Below, in pieces: positions 30,201 to 38,809 of a DNA stretch of 64,000 bases. Origin of the DNA: Candidatus Krumholzibacteriia bacterium (GTDB taxonomy: Bacteria; Krumholzibacteriota; Krumholzibacteriia; LZORAL124-64-63). A program made the translations under genes and the position numbers. The stretch spans positions 2,736 through 66,735 of the forward strand of contig JANTGJ010000003.1 in the NCBI GenBank assembly GCA_024762975.1, written 5' to 3'. Under the pieces are notes generated by a model. That model was given only the letters and a program-made list of their open reading frames with translations, made no database searches and was not told the DNA's origin. Positions within the stretch are counted from its first letter, which is position 1. Every line of letters starts with the position of its first letter.

Positions 30201-31764
30201 CTTCGGCCACGATGTGCGAGCCGCCGCCGATGGCGGTGATCCACGAACCGGGAGCGATGCCGTCCAGGGTGAGGGCCTGCGTGATCGCATGGGCCTCGGT
30301 GTCCTGGTAGTAGACGTAGCCCGCTGCGTCCGGGCGGAAGTTGAAGTTGCGGACGTTGTAGCCATAGCTGGTCACAACCGTGTTCGTGTTGAACAGTCCG
30401 AACTCGTCCTGCGTAAAGACAACGCCCTCGCCGAAGCTGCAACTGGCACCGTCGATCGTCACATCGGACGAGCCGCGGCCCAGATACGGGAGATCAGAGC
30501 AGTAGATGGCCAGGCTGCCCCAGGCATTGTCGAGGGTCGTGATGTTGTCGATTGCCGCTCCGGCCACGCCCGTGACCTGCAGGCCGTTGCCGCCCCACGA
30601 ATCGCTGGCCGTCAGATGGCTGAGCACGACATTATTGAAACCGTGAATGTCGAAACAGGTACGCCGGTGGGCGCCGCTGATCGTCATATACTGCAAAGTC
30701 AGATTGTCGAAACCCAACGGCGGATTGCTGGTGCCGCTGGCATGAATCGGATAGTTGATGTTTGCGGCGTCGGCTAAAAGCGTAAAGTGTTCCAGAGTCA
30801 CGTCGCTGGCAGCGACATTCATGCCGTATCCGCCCGCCGCCGGAATCTGGACCCGGACTCCGTCCTCGCTCTCACCGCGCAACGTGAGCGGGATCGAGAC
30901 GTTCAGCGTGGACGGCGGAAAATAGTAGCCGTCGTTGATCTCGATCACGTCGTAGGGCGCAGCCGCCGACAGGGCCGCTTCGATGGTCGCGTAGTAGAGG
31001 TCCTGGGTGACGTTGTGGACATCGACCGAGGAGGACACGTAGTAGCCGTCCACGATAAACCCGTCGCCGCCGGTGACATAGTTGGCGGCCGTGTCGCCGA
31101 AGACCCAGGTGTAGCCGTGGGCAATGTCGGTACCCAGCTCATCGGGCGCTCCGCTGCCCACTCCGTTGGCCCCATCCTGGATGTAGGCCGCCGAGGGGGG
31201 GGAGATGATCAGATCGGCCACATCGGCGAAGCGCAGATCCGAGACGCCGTCCCAGCCATTGCCGGTGGCGTGCGCGGCAACCCAGCTGGTGCCCGGCGTG
31301 CCGCCGCTGGAGCCGGTCACCTCGTATACCTTGCACCGCCGGGTGCTGAGAGTCGCCCAATCGGGCACGTCCCAGCGGTCGGCGGCCCATTCGGCATCCG
31401 AAGGTTCGTTGGCCAGGACCGCGTACTGGCCCAGTCCGTTGGTGACCCAGATGTTGAAGTAGGGGCCATAGAGCGAGCCACTCGAAGCGACATCGTCCAG
31501 GCGATCAATGTGCAGTGCATTGATCTGGTCGATCCGTGCGCCATTGATCAGATCGGTTGCCAGCCCGACTTTCTGGCCGGACTCGGTGGTTCCGACTTCG
31601 ATCGCGTCGATCACGTAGTCGTCGTTGTCGACGATGAATGGAGCTTCGGTCGCACCTTCGCGAATGACGAAGACCGACCATCCCGTATCCACCACGGGCG
31701 CCTGGCCGAGCGCCGCACCGGCGCCGAGGGTCAACAGGATCAGGCTTAAAAGTAGTTTCTTCAT
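27262..31764 (-). CDS. giant (~1500 aa) secreted right-handed beta-helix-like protein with a T9SS-type C-terminal sorting domain
   Basis: ATG 31764 (MKKLLLSLILLTLGAGAALGQA signal). Long Gly/Thr/Asn/Asp-rich region with repeats resembling parallel beta-helix (pectate-lyase-fold) repeats. C-terminal NPFNPKTTIRF...GTYFFRI domain. Confidence 0.7.
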   Translation of the reverse strand: MKKLLLSLILLTLGAGAALGQAPVVDTGWSVFVIREGATEAPFIVDNDDYVIDAIEVGTTESGQKVGLATDLINGARIDQINALHIDRLDDVASSGSLYGPYFNIWVTNGLGQYAVLANEPSDAEWAADRWDVPDWATLSTRRCKVYEVTGSSGGTPGTSWVAAHATGNGWDGVSDLRFADVADLIISPPSAAYIQDGANGVGSGAPDELGTDIAHGYTWVFGDTAANYVTGGDGFIVDGYYVSSSVDVHNVTQDLYYATIEAALSAAAPYDVIEINDGYYFPPSTLNVSIPLTLRGESEDGVRVQIPAAGGYGMNVAASDVTLEHFTLLADAANINYPIHASGTSNPPLGFDNLTLQYMTISGAHRRTCFDIHGFNNVVLSHLTASDSWGGNGLQVTGVAGAAIDNITTLDNAWGSLAIYCSDLPYLGRGSSDVTIDGASCSFGEGVVFTQDEFGLFNTNTVVTSYGYNVRNFNFRPDAAGYVYYQDTEAHAITQALTLDGIAPGSWITAIGGGSHIVAEGMGIQFAIDGAAAGDLISVRTGHFEEQLLVTTPNLTISGAGSGSTFIDSPATLANSFTTSADNHAVVGVVGVGGVNFADLTVDGLGRGNANSRFLGFGFYNAGGSLTNVQILNIMDTPFSGAQHGVGAYVYTDNGGPHQMDMTDVQVLDFQKTAVALAGAGLTGDLLRVDTFGQGPTDVTAQNGIQVGYEAVVNVNDCTATGMAYTGGSWSASGMLAVGDGLAYFDGCTLDGCQTSIYFSDGGGSFNNGSVINPVGDALYAYSGGAKAGDGDTPLPAQPYDSNGSQAGKAPIVVSIDGSTFTGTGATDSWGPTAYGSGPVTFSITNSTVTNWDWGVVYYDFGGLVLNASGTGNEIFGNTTYGAYSNAVEVADMIGNWWGHASGPLHLLANPFGEGNEVSDNILFDPWTGMAGGDIVPVTTGPLNCGQTVTLTFSFTADDYTPDMFLYNAVVSATPGLDFGLVEDLEPFGDVNNTFFALSTGTNQWTITGSTVGNPTFPVTGAGTTDLFRITFSATGNVVGDVVFDSLTLRDPDNNTIPVALTGATITYDCTPPDAVTDISAEPGHNKVNVSWTHDGSDVAYYRIYRGLWHDGTVGTSAYPEYDDQAPATPSVRPVSPAAANLDPEWVLAGTVAVGSNTYTDNFSYGPNSRGIYTYEVFAEDAAGNVSAAAPTNDRATNYWLGDVYGDSSVDPVPNGEVDPFDMNELAASFGTVIGHNDPEGVLDVGPTDDMSRLGIPTTDSIVNFEDLMVFAMNFGVVAAAKADAPQDKSIDLAWVDLQDGSYALRLVSGDALKGLRLRGDLPVTAVTAGDLLAEQPSATFLQNVGEKLDANLAVMGLNRTFAGEGDLLIVRTGAPVDPASLTIVARGVDNREIQYALDRTSGTALPSVFALHGNYPNPFNPKTTIRFDLPEAQTVRMTVYGVDGRKIATLLDEVRGRGAHDVVWYGRDDAGKSVASGTYFFRIEAGPYSQVRKMTLMK

Positions 31765-32117
31765 GAATTCTCCCCCAGACAATTCGTAGTTCGTAATGGT
31801 TCGTGAGGTCGGGGTCCCGGTGTCGAATCCAGCCAGGAATGGCTGGAAAAACCGCCGGGTAGTTGCGGGTCCCGCGGGCGAGAGCAGCCCCTCGAACAAC
31901 TGGAATGGCAGTGGCTGGGCATCCCCCCTTCTCGGTCTCCGATGCGGGCCGTGTCACCCGGGAAGAAGACTCGATGGGTACCGGTAACGCACAGGCTGTG
32001 CGGCCGGCACGACACTGGATCCATACGATTCGACGTTTGGCGGACAAAGGAATCTGCGTGGCCCGGACGAGGGGGCCGAGGGGCGAGGGGCCGATCCTCT
32101 CAGATCTCCGGCAATTT

Positions 32118-32143
32118 GTCAAGCCGGTGGGTCAAGCCGGTGG
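32118..32143. repeat. tandem direct repeat, 2 x 13 bp (GTCAAGCCGGTGG)
   Basis: GTCAAGCCGGTGG GTCAAGCCGGTGG lies just 3' of the MATE gene stop and about 350 bp upstream of the giant beta-helix gene on the same strand. Confidence 0.4.
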
Positions 32144-32148
32144 GCTCC

Positions 32149-33582
32149 TCAGCGGAAGATCTCGATGTGTTTCCACTTGCCTGACTGGAAGCGTATCCAG
32201 AGCGCCAGCCCGGAAAAGAGATAGATCGCCGCCGCGCCGATCCAGGCGCTGACAACGTTGCCGTTCATGCGCACGATCAGCAGCCAGGTCAGTGGAATGA
32301 ACCCGCCGATCATCGTGACGACCATCGTCAGCATCGGGTAGCGCGTATCACCGGCTCCCTGCAGGATGCCCGAACCGAGCATCCGAACACCATCGAAGTA
32401 CTGGAAGATCGCGGCGGTGATCGTCAAGCTGGCACCCAGCACCAGCACCTGCGGATCGTTGGTGAAGATTCGGAACACGTGTTCGCGCGTGGCGATCAGG
32501 ATCAATGCCAGAACCAGCGAATAGTAGCCGCCCAGTTTGAAGGCCTGGCGGCCATAGTGTTCGGCCTGATTCGGGTCTTTCGCGCCGATCCAGTTGCCGG
32601 TCAGTACGCTCGCCGCGGTGGTCAGGCCCCACAGCGGCATGAACGAGAAGCTGAGAACCTGGATGGTGATCTGCGAAGCCGCCAGCGGAACCGCGCCGGT
32701 CGTACCGACAAATACGGTGAACAGCAGGAAGCCGAGCATGTCCACGAAGCCCTCCCAGGCCGCGGGCAGCCCCACCCGCACCAGATTGACGATGGCCCGC
32801 GGATCGGGGTGGCGGACCCGGTGCAGGGCGTACCGCCGGCGCAGATGCGGCGCCAGCGCCCAGCCGGTCAGTGCGGCTGCGTTGACCAGGACACTGACGC
32901 TGGTGCCGATCGCGGCCCCCTTGACCCCGAGGGCGGGCACAGCCAGCCAGGTCCGTCCACCCAGTTCGATCCCGCTGAAACCGAAGATCAGCCAGATATC
33001 CAGGATCAGGTTGATCGCATTGGCCAGGATGCCCGCGTACATCGGGACTTTGACATCCCGGCGACCCTGGAAAAAGCCCATCAAAGCAAAGGTCAGTTGC
33101 GTGAAAACCGCGCTCATGCTGCGCCACTTGATATAGAGGAAGGTCGACTCCTGCACTTCGATCGGATTGCGGGTCCAGGGCAGGATCAGGTCGCTGTGGT
33201 AGCCCACAAATTGCAGGACCAGTCCGCTGAACAGGGCGATATAGATCCCCTGCCAGGTATAGTGCGAAACCGCTTCGTCGTCCTGACGGCCATGGGACTG
33301 CGAAACGAAGGTCCCGGTGATCCGGCTGAGATTGTTGAACAGCGAGTAGGTCGCCCAGGTCAGCATGCCGCCCAATCCGGCGGCGGCAAGCGCCACGGAA
33401 TTGACCCGGCCGAGCAAAGCGGTGTCGACCGTCCACATCAACGTCTGCGACAGCATGGTCAGGATCGTGGGCGAGGCCAAGCCCATGATTTCGCCCAAAT
33501 GGTCCACACGAAAAACACCCCAGCGGGATCGATTCCCATTCGGTGCCGGGGGGCTTGCGCTGCGCTGATCGTGCGACATCAT
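32149..33582 (-). CDS. MATE family efflux transporter
   Basis: 477 aa, 12 TM. N-terminal ASPTILTMLSQTLMWTVDTALLGRV matches the MATE/NorM signature region. Duplicated 6-TM halves. Confidence 0.8.
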   Translation of the reverse strand: MMSHDQRSASPPAPNGNRSRWGVFRVDHLGEIMGLASPTILTMLSQTLMWTVDTALLGRVNSVALAAAGLGGMLTWATYSLFNNLSRITGTFVSQSHGRQDDEAVSHYTWQGIYIALFSGLVLQFVGYHSDLILPWTRNPIEVQESTFLYIKWRSMSAVFTQLTFALMGFFQGRRDVKVPMYAGILANAINLILDIWLIFGFSGIELGGRTWLAVPALGVKGAAIGTSVSVLVNAAALTGWALAPHLRRRYALHRVRHPDPRAIVNLVRVGLPAAWEGFVDMLGFLLFTVFVGTTGAVPLAASQITIQVLSFSFMPLWGLTTAASVLTGNWIGAKDPNQAEHYGRQAFKLGGYYSLVLALILIATREHVFRIFTNDPQVLVLGASLTITAAIFQYFDGVRMLGSGILQGAGDTRYPMLTMVVTMIGGFIPLTWLLIVRMNGNVVSAWIGAAAIYLFSGLALWIRFQSGKWKHIEIFR

Positions 33583-33646
33583 TCATCCTGATGGTTGAGG
33601 TTCGGGGAAGGTAGCCGTTATTGTCGGGAAACCAAAGTACTGTCTC

Positions 33647-35023
33647 TTGATCGATCCGGGATGCCGCTGGGCCCCGGCCGGAGGTAACGACCTGACCCGC
33701 CAATTGCCGTCCGACTACGTTTCCCTGCGGGGAACGGTTGCTGTTCCGGGTGATAAATCCGTTTCGCACCGCGTCGCGTTGATGAGTTTGCTTGCCGGGG
33801 GGGGCTGCCGCGCAACGGGGTGGCTGGCGAGTGCCGACACGCTGGCCAGCCTGGAGGCCGTACGCGCTTTGGGGGCTCGCGTCCTCCACCGCGGGGCCGA
33901 AATCCAGATTGAACCGCCGACCGCGCCGCCGGTATCGGGTGAGATCCGGATCGATTGCGGGAACAGCGGCACGACCGCGCGCCTGCTGTGCGGGCTGCTG
34001 GCTGGGTGGTTGTTGCCCGGCGGAGCCTCCGTGGTGCTTACCGGCGACGATTCGCTCTCCGGTCGCCCGATGGCCCGCGTCATCGATCCACTGCGCCGAA
34101 TGGGGGCCCTCATCGACGAACTCGATCACGGCCCGCATCTGCCGCTGAGGATTCGCGGTGCCCGGCTTGCCGGCGGTGAATTCGATCTGGCGGTGGCCTC
34201 GGCGCAGGTGAAATCGGCCCTCCTGCTGGCGGGAGTCGCAGCAGAAGTTGAGGTCACCGTGCGGGGGGCCGGCGGGTCGCGCGATCATTCCGAGCGCCTG
34301 CTGCGGGGCATGGGAGTATCCGTCGACTTCGATGCTGGCGGAGATCCGGTGCATCTGTTCGGCCCATTTGAACCGAAGCCTTTCGACCAGCCCGTTCCGG
34401 GCGATCCCTCTTCGGCTGCGTTCTGGCAGGTGGCTGCCGCTCTGGTGCCGGATTCGGAGGTCACGATCAGCGGCCAGTCTCTGAATCCCGGTCGTACCGG
34501 AGCGCTGGAGGTACTGCGCCGGGCCGGTGTCCATCTGACGGTCACGGAAACGGGCGGCCAGGAAAGTGAACCGACGGGCGATGTCGTCGTGCGCGGCGGG
34601 GATCTGCAGGCCTTCCGGATCAGCGCGCCCGAGGTCCCCGGCCTGATCGACGAGTTGCCGATCCTGGCCGTATTGGCCACGCAATGTGAAGGGAAGACGC
34701 AGATCCGCGGTGCGGCGGATCTACGGGTCAAGGAGTCGGACCGCATTGCGGCGATGGGCTCGCAGCTGCGCCGGCTCGGGGCGGATGTCGAGGACCGCGT
34801 CGACGGCTGGTGCATCACCGGCCCGACGCCACTGGCTGCGGCCGCCGACCTGCCGGCCTTCGTCACCGGCGGGGACCACCGGATCGCGATGGCCCTGACC
34901 ATTGCCGGCCTCATCGCCGCAGGAGAAACGAAACTGGACGATCCCGATTGCGTGGCCGTATCTTACCCGGAATTCTTCAACGATCTGGCCTCACTGCAGG
35001 GCCGGGCGAACGGGACGGAATGA
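33647..35023 (+). CDS. aroA: 3-phosphoshikimate 1-carboxyvinyltransferase (EPSP synthase)
   Basis: LRGTVAVPGDKSVSHRVALMSLLAGG (the LPGDKSISHR-type motif) and downstream EPSPS blocks. The TTG start is taken from the ORF track; the N-terminus is uncertain. Confidence 0.85.
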   Translation: MIDPGCRWAPAGGNDLTRQLPSDYVSLRGTVAVPGDKSVSHRVALMSLLAGGGCRATGWLASADTLASLEAVRALGARVLHRGAEIQIEPPTAPPVSGEIRIDCGNSGTTARLLCGLLAGWLLPGGASVVLTGDDSLSGRPMARVIDPLRRMGALIDELDHGPHLPLRIRGARLAGGEFDLAVASAQVKSALLLAGVAAEVEVTVRGAGGSRDHSERLLRGMGVSVDFDAGGDPVHLFGPFEPKPFDQPVPGDPSSAAFWQVAAALVPDSEVTISGQSLNPGRTGALEVLRRAGVHLTVTETGGQESEPTGDVVVRGGDLQAFRISAPEVPGLIDELPILAVLATQCEGKTQIRGAADLRVKESDRIAAMGSQLRRLGADVEDRVDGWCITGPTPLAAAADLPAFVTGGDHRIAMALTIAGLIAAGETKLDDPDCVAVSYPEFFNDLASLQGRANGTE

Positions 35024-36294
35024 TCATGGCTGCCACCCCGAAAGTCGACACCGGATTCCCCAGCTTCCTCGAAGAGATGAAGTGGCGCGGATTCTTCGAG
35101 CAGTGCACCGACGAGGCGAATCTGGGCAAGCTGCTGGAAGAGGAGGTCGTCACCGGCTATATCGGTTTCGATCCGACCGCCGACAGTCTGCACATCGGCT
35201 CGCTGCTGCCGATCATGGGGCTGGTGCATCTGCAACGTCACGGCCATCGCCCGATCGCGATCGCCGGCGGCGGCACGGCCATGGTCGGGGACCCGAGCGG
35301 CAAGTCCGAGCTGCGGCAGATGCTGACGCTGGAGAAGATCGAGGAAAACCTTACCGGGATCAGGGCGCAGTTGGCGCACTTTGTCGAGTTCGGTGAAGGC
35401 TCGACCGACGGTATCATGGTCAACAACGCCGATTGGCTGAAGGACTATGGCTACATCGAATTCCTGCGCGACGTCGGACGCTTTTTCAGCGTGAATCAGA
35501 TGCTGACCCGCGATTCGGTCAAGACCCGCCTGGAAAAGGGCCTCTCGTTCATCGAGTTCAACTACATGATCCTGCAGGCCTATGATTTTATGGTCCTCAA
35601 TCGCGATCACGGCTGCCGGTTGCAGATGGGCGGCAATGATCAGTGGGGCAATATCTGTTCGGGTATCGACCTGTGCCGCCGCTTCAACCAGAACGAGGTC
35701 TATGGCCTGACCTTCCCGTTGCTGATGACCGCTTCGGGGCAGAAGATGGGCAAGACCGCCGATGGCGCGGTGTGGCTGGCCGCCGAGCGCACGAAACCGT
35801 TCGACTTCTTTCAATACTGGGTCAATGTGGACGACCGCGATATCCCGCGTTTTCTGCGTCTGTACACCCTGCTGTCGCGCGAACGCATCGAGGAGCTCGA
35901 GAAACTCGAGGGAGCGGACATTCGCGAAGCGAAAAAGATACTGGCCTATGAGGTCACGTCGCTGGTCCACGGACCTGCCCAGGCCGATGCGGCGGCCAAG
36001 GCGACCGCGGCGTTGTTCGGTGGCGCAGCCGACGCGAGCACCGTGCCCCGCAGTACACGGCCGAAGACCGATCTGGATGGTGACGGACTGTCGCTGCTGG
36101 AGGCCCTGGTCGATTCGGGCCTGTTGAAGTCCAAGGGCGAAGCGCGCCGCATGATCCGCCAGAATGCCGTACGCGTCAATGGCGAGCTCATTGCCGATGA
36201 GATGCGCGCGCTCCGGGAAAACGACGTGGCGGACGGTCGCATCCAGCTGCAGGTCGGCAAGAAGAAGCACCACCATCTGGTGATCGAGAGCTGA
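35020..36294 (+). CDS. tyrS: tyrosine--tRNA ligase
   Basis: Class I HIGH-type motif (GFDPTADSLHIGSLLPI), KMSKS-type motif (KMGKT) and a C-terminal S4-like domain. ATG 35020 overlaps the aroA stop (ATGA); an alternative ATG lies at 35026. Confidence 0.9.
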   Translation: MIMAATPKVDTGFPSFLEEMKWRGFFEQCTDEANLGKLLEEEVVTGYIGFDPTADSLHIGSLLPIMGLVHLQRHGHRPIAIAGGGTAMVGDPSGKSELRQMLTLEKIEENLTGIRAQLAHFVEFGEGSTDGIMVNNADWLKDYGYIEFLRDVGRFFSVNQMLTRDSVKTRLEKGLSFIEFNYMILQAYDFMVLNRDHGCRLQMGGNDQWGNICSGIDLCRRFNQNEVYGLTFPLLMTASGQKMGKTADGAVWLAAERTKPFDFFQYWVNVDDRDIPRFLRLYTLLSRERIEELEKLEGADIREAKKILAYEVTSLVHGPAQADAAAKATAALFGGAADASTVPRSTRPKTDLDGDGLSLLEALVDSGLLKSKGEARRMIRQNAVRVNGELIADEMRALRENDVADGRIQLQVGKKKHHHLVIES

Positions 36295-36326
36295 CCCGTC
36301 TCCTCGATTTTCCCCTCGATCCACTC

Positions 36327-36370
36327 TGCGGGACCTGTAGACGCCGTCTGCGGGTCCCGTACTCGTTTTT
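36327..36370 (+). terminator. intrinsic terminator after tyrS
   Basis: Two-stem hairpin GCGGGACC..AGACG / CGTCT..GGTCCCG followed by TACTCGTTTTTA. Confidence 0.55.
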
Positions 36371-36446
36371 ACAGATCAAACCGTATCAACCGGATCCGGC
36401 GAATTCCGATATCCCATTCATCGGGTTGCCCAGACCCGGTACCGAG

Positions 36447-36480
36447 CCCTCCCGGGGTTCACCTGGACGCCCCGGGAGGG
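36447..36480 (+). promoter_or_regulatory. very stable GC hairpin in the 5' leader of the HDOD gene
   Basis: Perfect 11-bp inverted repeat CCCTCCCGGGG / CCCCGGGAGGG with a 12-nt loop, 33 nt upstream of ATG 36513 and not followed by a U-tract. It could be an attenuator or a protein-binding palindrome. Confidence 0.35.
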
Positions 36481-36512
36481 ACATCGAACTCTTCGCTAGG
36501 AGCCGATCGCCC

Positions 36513-37394
36513 ATGCCTTCCCTGCAGGATCTGATCGCCGCGTCGCCCCGTGTGGGTGCCCGGCCCGAATCGGTCGTCTCCCTGATGGAGATTATCGATG
36601 ATCCCGTGGTGGAGGTCGCCAAGCTCCTTCCGATCGTGGAAAAGGACCCGGTGCTGACCGCGGGCCTGCTGAAACTGTGCAACTCGCCCATCTACAACTT
36701 CAAGCGCAGGATCGGCAGCCCGCGGGAAGCCCTGGTTCTCGTCGGAAATCTCACCTTCGCGCGGATGTGTTTTACGCTCAGCATGCGGCCGGTTCTGGAA
36801 CGGGATCTGCCCGGCTATCAGCTGGGGCTGGACGAGCTGTGGCGGCACTGCCTGGGTACAGCCTACGGTGCGGCCTTCCTGGTCAAGGCCAGCGGTCACC
36901 CCGAACTGCGCGACCGGGCATTCACCGCCGGATTGTTGCACGACATCGGCAAGCTGGTGCTGGATACGGATCTACAGACCGTCGTTTGCGAGCCCGTGCT
37001 GGTCGGTACAGGAGGAAGTGCACGTGTCCGGACCCAGAATCGACTTCGTATCACTTCGGATATCGAGCGTCGGCAGACCGGATTCGACCACGCCGAGGCG
37101 GGCGCCGCTTTGCTGGAGGGGTGGAATTTCCCCGAGGATCTGGTCGATGCCGTTCGCTGGCATCATGACCCCACTGAGGCGGATCACCAACGCCTGGCGC
37201 GCGCGGTCCACATAGCGGATCAGGTCGTGCGATTTTCGACCAAATTGCGCTCCAGTTCGCGGATGCTCGAGTTGTGGGTCGAACGCCGGTTCCAGGACAG
37301 TGCCTACCCGCTGGCGAGTATCGTCGAGTTGGCCGAAACGCTCGCCCTGAAGCATCGGAACATACTGACGCTGGCTACGGCTCCCAGATTCTGA
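36513..37394 (+). CDS. HDOD domain-containing signalling protein
   Basis: The HDOD-type region (LLKLCNSPIYNF..., GLLHDIGKLVLD) has an HD-like His/Asp pattern lacking full catalytic residues. ATG 36513 ten nt after AGGAG. Confidence 0.7.
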   Translation: MPSLQDLIAASPRVGARPESVVSLMEIIDDPVVEVAKLLPIVEKDPVLTAGLLKLCNSPIYNFKRRIGSPREALVLVGNLTFARMCFTLSMRPVLERDLPGYQLGLDELWRHCLGTAYGAAFLVKASGHPELRDRAFTAGLLHDIGKLVLDTDLQTVVCEPVLVGTGGSARVRTQNRLRITSDIERRQTGFDHAEAGAALLEGWNFPEDLVDAVRWHHDPTEADHQRLARAVHIADQVVRFSTKLRSSSRMLELWVERRFQDSAYPLASIVELAETLALKHRNILTLATAPRF

Positions 37395-37530
37395 CCCCGG
37401 CCGATTCCCTTTTTTTCGATCCCCTCGATTGGCAGTCCGTACTTCGGATAGTACCTTGGGGGAACTCCCTGCCGACTCGCCGGTTGATGCGGGGACCCGA
37501 CTTGTTGTCACCCGATGGAAAGGAAGCGCA

Positions 37531-38730
37531 ATGCGCCGATTCACCTTTGCGATGCTCGTCCTGTTTGCCGGCGCCAGCGTCGCGTGGGCTGGTCCGAACG
37601 CCGAGTTCGACCGGGCCCTGGACCTCTCAACGCAGACTGCGGAGGCCCTGCAGTCCTACGATCTGGCGGCCACACTGCAGGTCAAGACCCTCGTCGCCGG
37701 TCAGGAAGACCCGATCGAGATGGAGGTCCATCTGCTCGGCGCCGCCCGTTGGCCCGATCGGATGCTCAGCTCCCAGGACAGTGAGATGTTTCGCGTAAAC
37801 GTGGGGGTCGGTGCCGATCAATCGTGGTTCCACCTCGGCCAGATGCAGGCCACGTATGTGGGGCCCGCGCGTCAGCTGTCGCGTGTCCTGGACCGGGCAG
37901 CGCAAGTTTCGCTGGAGGAGGAGGACCTGTTCAATTTCTACTCCGGCATCGGATCGTTCCTGCTCAACCGCAATCTGCAGGTCGAGCCGGGAACCGGCAC
38001 CGAGACGTTGACGGTGGATGGTCGTCAGATCAAGTGCCAGGTCTTCAACGCGCCGGCCGATCCGAACGTCGACCCGGCCGGAGGCATGGAGGGCGACAAG
38101 ACTTTCTGGTTCGATCCCGCATCGGGACTGGTGATCCAGGCTTCGATCCGCTCGCAGATGCAGCAGCAGGGGATGCAGATGGACCAACAGTTGACGTTCC
38201 GCCTGGACCGCTTTGAGCTCAATGGCAAGGTGCCCGAGGAGCGCTTCCAATACCAGCCGGGCCCCGATGAACGTGTGGTCTCGTCGCTGGACCGCGTGAT
38301 GAATCCCGATTCGCTGGTCGGCGAGCCCGCAGCCGACATCACTTTCACTGACTTCGAGGGTAAGTCCGTGCAGCTGGCCGATTACCGCGGCAAGGTCGTG
38401 TTCCTGGATTTCTGGGCCACCTGGTGCGGCCCGTGCAAGATGGAGATGCCTCACATCCAGGCTCTTCACGAGGAACTCGCAGCTTCGGGCCAGGTTGTTT
38501 TTCTGGGTGCCAGCAGCGAGGCTGCGGAGACGATCCAGGGCTTCCTGGCGAAGAACGGCTACAGCTTTCCGATCGTGATGGTGAAACAGGAAGACGCACA
38601 GAAAAAGTACAAGGTCTCGAGTATTCCGGCCGGTTTCGTGATCGATCGGGAGGGCGTGATCCGGGCACATCTGATCGGCGCCCAGTCCGAGGAGCAGTTG
38701 CGCAAGGCGCTGGCGAAGGCGGGCATCTAG
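37531..38730 (+). CDS. TlpA/ResA-like thiol-disulfide oxidoreductase fused to an N-terminal ~250-aa periplasmic domain
   Basis: Signal peptide MRRFTFAMLVLFAGASVAWA. C-terminal thioredoxin fold with WATWCGPC (CxxC) and the TlpA-like context (KVVFLDFWATWCGPCKMEMP...GYSFPIV...SIPAGFVIDREG). The N-terminal domain has no identified motifs and could be a LolA-like beta-sandwich. Confidence 0.75.
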   Translation: MRRFTFAMLVLFAGASVAWAGPNAEFDRALDLSTQTAEALQSYDLAATLQVKTLVAGQEDPIEMEVHLLGAARWPDRMLSSQDSEMFRVNVGVGADQSWFHLGQMQATYVGPARQLSRVLDRAAQVSLEEEDLFNFYSGIGSFLLNRNLQVEPGTGTETLTVDGRQIKCQVFNAPADPNVDPAGGMEGDKTFWFDPASGLVIQASIRSQMQQQGMQMDQQLTFRLDRFELNGKVPEERFQYQPGPDERVVSSLDRVMNPDSLVGEPAADITFTDFEGKSVQLADYRGKVVFLDFWATWCGPCKMEMPHIQALHEELAASGQVVFLGASSEAAETIQGFLAKNGYSFPIVMVKQEDAQKKYKVSSIPAGFVIDREGVIRAHLIGAQSEEQLRKALAKAGI

Positions 38731-38752
38731 CGCCGGTTCGGATTTCCAATGA

Positions 38753-38791
38753 AGAGCCCGACGGTCCCGGACCGTCGGGCTCTTATGTTTT
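38753..38791 (+). terminator. intrinsic terminator
   Basis: Perfect 14-bp stem AGAGCCCGACGGTC / GACCGTCGGGCTCT with a 3-nt loop, followed by TATGTTTT. Lies between convergent genes. Confidence 0.55.
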
Positions 38792-38809
38792 CCGAAACCG
38801 GGCCGCGGA

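Noticed and set aside
31819-31830. GGTGTCGAATCC resembling a tRNA T-loop (GGTTCGAATCC)
   Set aside because: Flanking sequence does not form T-stem, acceptor or anticodon arms on either strand. It lies in the leader of the giant beta-helix gene.
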